Of a DNA stretch of 32,352 nucleotides, positions 21,122 to 28,143 are shown piece by piece (within the stretch, counting starts at the first letter, position 1; each line of letters begins with the position of its first letter). Position numbers and translations under genes: made by a program. The stretch comes from Bacteroidia bacterium (GTDB lineage: Bacteria; Bacteroidota; Bacteroidia; UBA4408), in assembly GCA_044370815.1 (NCBI GenBank), contig JBILUU010000001.1, positions 1 to 32,352 of the forward strand. Reading direction: 5' to 3'. Under the pieces are notes generated by a model, which saw only the letters and a program-made list of their open reading frames with translations, was not told the origin of the DNA and ran no database searches.

Positions 21122-21991
21122 ATGAAGCATACATTTAAATTTTTGGCACTTGGCATAACAGTTAGCAGTATGGCACTATTGTCATGCGGTGGTAATTCTG
21201 AAAAACCTGCACAAACAAATGAATCCACGCCTGCTGAAACTGCTGCACCGCAAGCTGCGGAAAGTTCAGTTGATGAAATGGTTGAATTCAAGTTTCATTA
21301 CCTTACGGCCAACATCCCTTCTCCAATGGAATTAGTAGATGCTCTGCCACAGGCAGGAATTGCCTTTAATAAGGAGGTGCTCAACGCTATTGAAAATGAG
21401 AGTAAGTACAATACATCATTGCAAAAAGCGCTCAACTTTGGTGTGTATTCTGTTGATATGGCATACCTAACCACCAACGAACAATTTGCCATGGTAAAGC
21501 CCTATTTGAATACAAGCAGAAATTTGGCCAAGTCGCTCGACCTTGCCGAAACTTTTGATAAAGTTGTGGGAAACAGATTATCACAAAATAGCGAGAACAA
21601 AGACTCTTTGAAGAAAGTAATAGACGAAGCTTACTATGAAGTTGACAACTACATGCGTAACAATGAACGTGCTTTAGCAGCAACACAAATGCTTACCGGA
21701 AGTTGGATTGAAAGCCAATATATTACGCTCATGTTAATTAAGGATGAAGCCAAAAGTGACAAGAATGCGATGTTGTTTGCTAAAATATTCGAGCAAAAAA
21801 GACATCTTGCTAGTTTGGTAAGTTTGCTTAAGGAGTATGAAAAAGAGAAAGCATTCAAGCCATTGATTGATCAAATTTATGAGCTCAACAAGCTGTATGA
21901 TGCCATGAAAACAGAAGATGCTTCCAATAAAGATTTTCTGAATAAATTGGCAACAGCTGTTGGTAAAGTAAGAGCAAGCATCATCAAATAG
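21122..21991 (+). CDS. Helical lipoprotein of unknown function
   Basis: Lipobox LLSCGG, a low-complexity Pro/Ala/Glu linker, then a helix-rich body. The 8-nt gap after the DUF1987 gene suggests co-transcription. Confidence 0.7.
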   Translation: MKHTFKFLALGITVSSMALLSCGGNSEKPAQTNESTPAETAAPQAAESSVDEMVEFKFHYLTANIPSPMELVDALPQAGIAFNKEVLNAIENESKYNTSLQKALNFGVYSVDMAYLTTNEQFAMVKPYLNTSRNLAKSLDLAETFDKVVGNRLSQNSENKDSLKKVIDEAYYEVDNYMRNNERALAATQMLTGSWIESQYITLMLIKDEAKSDKNAMLFAKIFEQKRHLASLVSLLKEYEKEKAFKPLIDQIYELNKLYDAMKTEDASNKDFLNKLATAVGKVRASIIK

Positions 21992-22123
21992 TTGCCCTAC
22001 TTTTATAAGCAGTCAAGCTTATACAGGATTGTAAACTTGCGCGCTTGTGCCAAGCTTGTTGTTGATATTTGTTAACCTAAAAAATGACTTGCTGATTGCA
22101 GCAAGGTAACTTTATACTGATCA

Positions 22124-22465
22124 ATGAATTGCAGGATATTCATCAACATGGCGCTTGTATTTGCATTTATGCATCTTCCATTAAAAGCGCAAGAGGTTGT
22201 TTGTCACGGAAAGTTTGTGAAAGGTAGCGATTACTGCCCTGTACTGATTAAGTTGAATAAAGTCTCAGCTACTAACTTGCCGTATCGATATATCATGCCT
22301 TCAGGTGGATTGCCTCCAAACTATCAACTTGGCGATAAAATTAATTTTAACATGACACCGCTTAGGCAGCCCATTCCTGCTGGGTGTAAAGCGGGTGTTG
22401 TGGCCAGTATAAGCATCATACAGGATAAGCAAAAAAAAATAAAGCAAATAAAGGGAAGTGAATGA
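22124..22465 (+). CDS. Small secreted hypothetical protein
   Basis: Signal-peptide-like N-terminus (MALVFAFMHLPLKAQE), three Cys residues, and a position 27 nt upstream of the ABC gene. No family was recognised. Confidence 0.45.
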   Translation: MNCRIFINMALVFAFMHLPLKAQEVVCHGKFVKGSDYCPVLIKLNKVSATNLPYRYIMPSGGLPPNYQLGDKINFNMTPLRQPIPAGCKAGVVASISIIQDKQKKIKQIKGSE

Positions 22466-22492
22466 TGCTTCAATTCTTTACAACTAAACATA

Positions 22493-25483
22493 ATGAGTGA
22501 TAAGATACTTAAGGCCCTGATTCAATTGTTCGCCATCATTGGCAAACCCAATGAAGTCGATGGTTCGGCCAGTAGAAATACGGTTGCCTTATTTTTAAAA
22601 CAAACACTCAACAGCGAGCAGGTAAATGAATACCTCGAGTTGTATGATTATTTCCTTAAAACATATGACAACAGCAGTTCCGGTGAGAAAAAAATTAAGC
22701 GCACCGCTGTAAGTTCGGTTAAGGTACTAGTTATTTGTGAGCAAATTAATGAAGCACTTTCTCAAAAGCAGAAAGTATTGGTGCTATCGCGTTTGATTGA
22801 ATACATCTATGCATCCAATGAAGTTGATGAGCAGGAATTTGAGTTTATTAGCACGGTATATTCTTCGTTTAAAATTAGTGATGAAGAGTTCGACTTGTTA
22901 TATAACTTTATCACTCAGCCCGATGCCAAAGATCATGAAGACTTGCTTATTGTTAGTGAATCTCCCAATAAGACATTAACACGCTGTAAGCAACTTAAAG
23001 CAGATCACCTGCAAGGTGAATTACGTGTGGTGCATGTAAAAAGTGTTGGCATTTATATGTTAAAGTATTTTGGTGTAATGGAGCTTACACTAAACGGTAA
23101 TTCTATTTCAGACTATCGCATTTACCAGCTCAATAATGGTTCTTCAATAAGGAGCTCTAAAATTCAACCCATCTATTACAGCGATATTATCAGCTGTTTT
23201 TTAAATGCCAATTTTAAGGATCCCATTTCCTACAGGGTTAATCAAATTGAATACGATTTTTCAGATGGTCATAAGGGACTGCATCAGCTGAGTTTCGAAG
23301 AAAATTCAGGAAATCTTATTGGCATTATGGGCGGTAGTGGTGCAGGTAAATCTACCTTGCTCAACATACTAAACGGCAACACAAAGCCAAGTAAGGGTAA
23401 CGTATATATCAATGGAATTGACTTGCACCGCGACAAAGCAAAGTTGGCAGGTGTGATTGGATTTGTATCACAAGACGACCTCCTCATGGAGGATCTTACC
23501 GTGTTTCAAAATTTATATTTCAACGCGCAACTATGTTTTTCTGATTGGAGCAAAGAAAAAATTATTGCAAGGGTAATGCATACGCTCAATGAACTTGGGC
23601 TATACGATGTTAAGGATTTGAGAGTAGGCACACCGCTAGATAAAATGATCAGCGGTGGACAACGCAAGCGACTCAATATTGCATTAGAGCTGATACGCGA
23701 ACCGGGCGTGCTATTTGTTGATGAGCCCACCTCGGGACTATCATCGCGCGACAGTGAAATAATTATCGATTTGTTGAAGACTTTGGCACTGAAAGGAAAA
23801 GTAGTATTTGTTGTAATACATCAGCCATCATCCGATATCTTTAAGGTGTTTGATAAATTGCTGATTTTGGATAAAGGCGGTTATCCCATTTATTTGGGAA
23901 ATCCTGTGGAGGCGGTAACTCATTTTAAAAATGCCGTGAACTATATCAATCCCAATGAAAGCGAGTGTATCATGTGCGGGAATGTAAACCCCGAGCAAAT
24001 ATTTAACATCATTGAAACGCGTGTGTTGGATGAAAACGGAATGCCAACTAATGAAAGAAAAATTGCTCCAAAAGAATGGAATGAATTATTCATAAAACTT
24101 AATAAAAACAATTTCGATAATGATTCTACGGATGTGTTGCCAGTAGGACAAACATTTAAAAAACCAGGTCTTTTCAAACAATTTACGGTTTTTGTTAAGC
24201 GTGATGTATTGTCGAAATTAAGTAACAAGCAGTATTTGCTAATCAATGCCCTTGAGGCGCCTGTTTTGGCCTTTATTTTGGCCTTTATGACAAGGTATAG
24301 TTTGCCCGGTGCCGAGTACTCATTTTATCAAAATAAAAACTTGGTGGCTTATATTTTTATGGGTGTAATTGTGGCCTTGTTTTTGGGTTTAACTGTAAGT
24401 GCCGAGGAAATTTTCAAGGATAAAAAAATAAGAAAGCGTGAGGCCTTTTTAAATCTTAGCCGTGGTGCTTATTTACTCAGTAAAATATTTATTCTGTTTG
24501 TGATTTCGGCCATACAAAGTTTTCTTTTTGTAAGTATCGGTAATTATATAATTGGTTACCAAGAAATGTTTTTTGAATACTGGCTCATGCTCTTTAATGT
24601 ATCACTATTTGCCAATGCGCTTGGGTTAAATATTTCTTCAGCTTTTAAAAGTGCTGTTACTATTTATATCATTATTCCATTTTTAATTATTCCGCAATTG
24701 CTGCTCAGTGGTTTACTTGTAAAGTTCGATGAGTTAAATCCTAGTCTTGCTGCAAAAAGTGTAGTGCCAAAGTCGGGCGAAATTATGGCCTCTCGATGGG
24801 CTTTTGAAGCATTGGTAGTTAATCAATTTAAAAACAACAAGTATGAAAAAGAGATTTACCTGCTCGAAAAGGAGATTGTAAATGCATCGTACAAAAAGGG
24901 TTTGTGGTATAATAAAATGAATGAGCTCTTGTTGAAAAAAGATGCTGAGTCACAACTTGTTCTTCGTAATGAATTAAAGGAGGCCGGATATGCCAATACG
25001 AATAACCTTGAAGGTCGCACAGAAGAGCTAAAATCTTTTCTAAATCAAGTAAAACGTAAATATGTCGAAAGCTATAATCATTATAATCAAAACTTAGATG
25101 ATTATTTCAGCAGTCAGTCGAAAACCGATGAATTGAAAAAACAACTTGAGCTCACCAAAATGAGTCATCACAATGCGCGAATCGAAGATTTGGTAAAAAA
25201 TAGTAGGCCGCTTGAAGAAGGAATATTTATGGAGGATGGTTATTTGCATCCTAATGAAAACAATATCTACTTCAATGCATCGGATAAGCATCAAATTAGA
25301 GCGCACTTTTATGCGCCACAAAAATTATTTGTAGGCAGCTATCGTGATACGTATTGGGTAAACTTTTTTGTTATTTGCGGTATGACTGTATTTTGCTTGA
25401 TTGCACTCTACTTCAACTGGCTGAAAAAAGTAATGAACTTTTTTCAAGACCTCAGTTTTAAAATGAAATTAAACCGAAATTAA
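22493..25483 (+). CDS. ABCG/White-type ABC half-transporter (NBD-TMD) with long N-terminal helical plus beta-rich extension and C-terminal coiled-coil/TM extension
   Basis: Walker A GGSGAGKST, Q-loop VSQDD, signature ISGGQRKR, Walker B VLFVDEPTSGLS, H-loop VIHQPS, followed by ABC-2-type TM helices. About 270 aa precede Walker A. About 200 aa follow the permease and carry one terminal TM helix. Confidence 0.9.
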   Translation: MSDKILKALIQLFAIIGKPNEVDGSASRNTVALFLKQTLNSEQVNEYLELYDYFLKTYDNSSSGEKKIKRTAVSSVKVLVICEQINEALSQKQKVLVLSRLIEYIYASNEVDEQEFEFISTVYSSFKISDEEFDLLYNFITQPDAKDHEDLLIVSESPNKTLTRCKQLKADHLQGELRVVHVKSVGIYMLKYFGVMELTLNGNSISDYRIYQLNNGSSIRSSKIQPIYYSDIISCFLNANFKDPISYRVNQIEYDFSDGHKGLHQLSFEENSGNLIGIMGGSGAGKSTLLNILNGNTKPSKGNVYINGIDLHRDKAKLAGVIGFVSQDDLLMEDLTVFQNLYFNAQLCFSDWSKEKIIARVMHTLNELGLYDVKDLRVGTPLDKMISGGQRKRLNIALELIREPGVLFVDEPTSGLSSRDSEIIIDLLKTLALKGKVVFVVIHQPSSDIFKVFDKLLILDKGGYPIYLGNPVEAVTHFKNAVNYINPNESECIMCGNVNPEQIFNIIETRVLDENGMPTNERKIAPKEWNELFIKLNKNNFDNDSTDVLPVGQTFKKPGLFKQFTVFVKRDVLSKLSNKQYLLINALEAPVLAFILAFMTRYSLPGAEYSFYQNKNLVAYIFMGVIVALFLGLTVSAEEIFKDKKIRKREAFLNLSRGAYLLSKIFILFVISAIQSFLFVSIGNYIIGYQEMFFEYWLMLFNVSLFANALGLNISSAFKSAVTIYIIIPFLIIPQLLLSGLLVKFDELNPSLAAKSVVPKSGEIMASRWAFEALVVNQFKNNKYEKEIYLLEKEIVNASYKKGLWYNKMNELLLKKDAESQLVLRNELKEAGYANTNNLEGRTEELKSFLNQVKRKYVESYNHYNQNLDDYFSSQSKTDELKKQLELTKMSHHNARIEDLVKNSRPLEEGIFMEDGYLHPNENNIYFNASDKHQIRAHFYAPQKLFVGSYRDTYWVNFFVICGMTVFCLIALYFNWLKKVMNFFQDLSFKMKLNRN

Positions 25484-25604
25484 GCAATAGGAGGTTTGAA
25501 GAACCGAACTAGTGATTTAGTTGGGTTAACCCCGATATAGAAAATGTTATCAGATTTGTTATACCAATTGCATTTATTTTTTAGTCCAATTAAACTCGAA
25601 TTAA

Positions 25605-25765
25605 TCAGTAGAAGTTACGTATGTAACGCACTAGTGATTTTATGAGGGCAATCCCGCTTAGCAGGTGTTTTCAATACATTGAACCAATGGATTGAATTAC
25701 AGCTGTTTTAGCGATTCCGCATTTTCTAATGCGGAATTTGGGTTTAAAGCGTAATCTGGATTGAG
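25605..25765. repeat. Hairpin-rich dispersed intergenic repeat, copy 1
   Basis: About 118 nt (25628-25745) align without gaps to 30819-30936 at roughly 85-90% identity by eye, with weaker homology on both flanks. It contains the perfect hairpin attccgcatt-ttct-aatgcggaat at 25714-25737. Confidence 0.75.
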
Positions 25766-25841
25766 CAAAAGGTAACATTGGTTAAGCGCATCATTTTACA
25801 GGCATAAGCATCAACAAAACGATACAGTCTAGGCTGAAAAA

Positions 25842-26444
25842 TTAATGCAGCTTACCTTTAATCAGGTTGATGAATTCGCTTCTTGTAGTATCTTTTAAAA
25901 ATTCACCTGTAAAAGCAGAGGTAGTTGTAGCTGAATTTTGTTTTTGAATGCCTCGCATTTGCATACACAGGTGACTACACTCAATTACCACCGCTACACC
26001 CAAAGGGTTCAAAGTCTCATGTATACAATCTCTGATTTCATTTGTCATTCTTTCTTGTACCTGCAAGCGTCTGGCAAAAGCATCTACTACGCGCGGTATT
26101 TTGCTTAAACCTACTATATATCCGTTGGGGATGTAGGCAATATGCGCTTTTCCAAAAAACGGAAGCATGTGATGCTCGCAAAGTGAATAAACCTCAATGT
26201 CTTTTACAATGACCATTTGCTTATAGTCTTCTTTGAACATGGCACTGCGCAAAATACTTTTTGGGTCAATGTCATATCCGTGTGTAAGAAACTGCATGGC
26301 TTTTGCTGCGCGCAAAGGTGTTTTCAATAAGCCCTCGCGATTGGGTTGTTCTCCAATTTCTTTCAGAATATCTAAATAATCAGCCGAAATTTTTTCAAGC
26401 GATTCCTCATTGTAATTTTCAGTTTTTTCGTAGCCGTCCATCAT
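25842..26444 (-). CDS. folE: GTP cyclohydrolase I
   Basis: CEHHMLPF zinc/active-site motif, [14 protein letters not shown] motif, 200 aa. Confidence 0.95.
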   Translation of the reverse strand: MMDGYEKTENYNEESLEKISADYLDILKEIGEQPNREGLLKTPLRAAKAMQFLTHGYDIDPKSILRSAMFKEDYKQMVIVKDIEVYSLCEHHMLPFFGKAHIAYIPNGYIVGLSKIPRVVDAFARRLQVQERMTNEIRDCIHETLNPLGVAVVIECSHLCMQMRGIQKQNSATTTSAFTGEFLKDTTRSEFINLIKGKLH

Positions 26445-26455
26445 ATGATTTGATT

Positions 26456-26872
26456 TTATTCTTCTCCCAAATACTCCACAAAATTATTTTCTGTTTCGTA
26501 AAGTTTTATGCTGTGCAACTTACAGCCCAATGCATTGATGTGTGCAGCCAATTGATTCCAAATCTCAATAGCCAAAATTTCTGTTGAAGCCATTTTTCCG
26601 GCCATAAAGGGAACATCTAAATTTAAGTTGCGATGATCGAGCGCTTCAATAATTTCCGATTTAATGATTTTACTTAAAATTTTTAGGTCAACAACAAAAC
26701 CTGTATCGGGGTTGGGATTGCCTTTAACAGTCACATATAAATCGTAATTGTGTCCGTGCCAGTTTTTGTTGGCGCACTTACCAAAAATTTCATAGTTTTT
26801 TTCTTCACTCCACTCGGCACGCCAAACTTTGTGTGCTGCATTAAAATGTTCTTTTCTGGTAACGTAAATCAT
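26456..26872 (-). CDS. queD: 6-carboxy-5,6,7,8-tetrahydropterin synthase / 6-pyruvoyl-tetrahydropterin synthase family
   Basis: FNAAH motif and [11 protein letters not shown] (Cys plus the HGH zinc site). The start was moved to the ATG at 26872 ([10 protein letters not shown]). There is an 11-nt gap to folE. Confidence 0.88.
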   Translation of the reverse strand: MIYVTRKEHFNAAHKVWRAEWSEEKNYEIFGKCANKNWHGHNYDLYVTVKGNPNPDTGFVVDLKILSKIIKSEIIEALDHRNLNLDVPFMAGKMASTEILAIEIWNQLAAHINALGCKLHSIKLYETENNFVEYLGEE

Positions 26873-27099
26873 ATCAATTATTTTCGCTGTCAAATATACG
26901 CCCAATTTATGCATTAGCAATTATTTTGTGGGTGAAATGATAAAGTAAGCATTGGCACTAATTTATCTATTATTCGATAGTTTTTTTACGAATATATGGC
27001 ATCGTTAAGCACATGTGCTGTGCTAAAGTAGCGCAACAAATTTGAGTGATTGCTTGTTTTAAATAGGAATGTATAGCGTTAATTAATTACTTTTATCGC

Positions 27100-27780
27100 A
27101 TGAAAATACTCATTGTAAGCGCTACTGCAGCAGAGATTGCTCCGCTCTTGTCCTTTCTCGGAGAGCCCAATGAGCAAGTTGATGATAAGGTTTGTCAATA
27201 CCATATTAAGCAACACGAAATACATATGCTCATCACTGGAGTGGGCATGCTGCTCACTGCATTTTATTTGGGAAGGCAATTAACAGTTGAAAGCTATGAT
27301 CTTGCCATCAATGCCGGTGTTGCAGGGGCAATAGATCGCGCGCTGTTACTAGGTGCAAATGTGCAGGTAGTGCAGGATGAAGTTTATGATTTTGGTGCCG
27401 AAGACGGGCAGTCATTTTTAACCATGGATCAACTTGGGTTAATCACCCCTCAAGATGAACCTTATACAGCGCAAGGTGTTTGCAACAAGTCCGCTCATTG
27501 CCCGCTGATAGATGAACTGCCCAAGGTACAAGGGCATACAGTAAATCGTGTACATGGCAATGAAGCAAGCATTCAAAAGATGTATGAAAGGAGCAAGGCA
27601 CAGGTTGAGTCCATGGAGGGAGCCGCTTTCATGTTTGCGTGTATAAAAATGAATGTTCCTTGCATGCAAATCAGAAGTATTTCAAATTATGTGGAAGTGC
27701 GCAATAAATCAAATTGGAGAATGAAAGAAGCCATCGGAAATCTGAACCAACTGCTTATTCAATTTTTGAAGAGCGTGTAA
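27100..27780 (+). CDS. mqnB: PNP/MTAN-superfamily nucleosidase, futalosine hydrolase-like
   Basis: MKILIVSATAAEIAPLL N-terminus, AINAGVAGA, ESMEGAAF and IRSISNYV motifs of the PNP_UDP_1 fold. The 226-aa length and N-terminus are typical of futalosine hydrolases. The subfamily call is tentative. Confidence 0.65.
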   Translation: MKILIVSATAAEIAPLLSFLGEPNEQVDDKVCQYHIKQHEIHMLITGVGMLLTAFYLGRQLTVESYDLAINAGVAGAIDRALLLGANVQVVQDEVYDFGAEDGQSFLTMDQLGLITPQDEPYTAQGVCNKSAHCPLIDELPKVQGHTVNRVHGNEASIQKMYERSKAQVESMEGAAFMFACIKMNVPCMQIRSISNYVEVRNKSNWRMKEAIGNLNQLLIQFLKSV

Positions 27781-27893
27781 TTTACCGGCTGTTGATGAGT
27801 ATTGGCGAAATTGCAGTAGAGGTGAATATACCTTTTTTGAGTGATTTATTTTTTTAAGTATATGTTGTTATTTTGTAAGTAAAATTTGCTTGT

Positions 27894-28121
27894 ATGGCCG
27901 AAAAATTATTGAGCGATTTACGAATTGGTGAGCAAGGCATCATTAAACATTTTATTGATGATTTTATTGCGCTGAAGTTAATGGAAATGGGCTGTTTGCC
28001 GGGCGAACAAGTTATACTTGAACGCCTCGCTCCCATGGGCGACCCAATTGCGATTAATGTATCGGGGTACTCATTGAGTTTACGTAGAAGTGAGGCCGCA
28101 AAAGTAGTCATTCAACAATAA
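27894..28121 (+). CDS. feoA: Ferrous iron transport protein A
   Basis: 75-aa SH3-like FeoA pattern (L..L..GE.G.I...........L.EMG..PG..V......AP.GDPI), directly upstream of feoB. Confidence 0.85.
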   Translation: MAEKLLSDLRIGEQGIIKHFIDDFIALKLMEMGCLPGEQVILERLAPMGDPIAINVSGYSLSLRRSEAAKVVIQQ

Positions 28122-28143
28122 TCACAAGTAACAAATAGTAGCT

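Noticed and set aside
21992-22123. Short hairpins in the gap between the lipoprotein and small-protein genes (ataagc-agtca-gcttat; cttgc-tgatt-gcaag), considered as a terminator or attenuator.
   Set aside because: The stems are only 5-6 bp, AT-rich and without T-tails, so they are not convincing as terminators.
22797-25321. Short ORFs lie inside or antisense to the ABC transporter gene (22797-22979, 23284-23487, 23506-23730, 23941-24246, 25094-25321).
   Set aside because: They are embedded in a long gene with intact ABC motifs and have no independent signals or recognisable domains.
26303-26587. A 94-aa plus-strand ORF spans the folE/queD junction. Similar antisense ORFs occur at 27079-27279, 27439-27669, 27854-28111, 28756-28944, 29250-29594, 29723-30039, 4843-5100, 9361-9558, 11275-11457, 12368-12598, 16173-16367, 18039-18239, 18954-19609, 20441-20674 and 21298-21858.
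   Set aside because: Each overlaps a motif-supported gene on the same or the opposite strand and shows no family signature.
26921-27099. A possible preQ1-type riboswitch upstream of queD-folE. The minus strand reads acga-ugccauauau-ucgu-aaaaaaacua, a short stem followed by an A-rich tail ending in CUA.
   Set aside because: The stem is only 4 bp, and the loop lacks the UAG needed to pair with the tail for the pseudoknot. The element lies more than 100 nt from the start codon. The resemblance is limited to the A-run.
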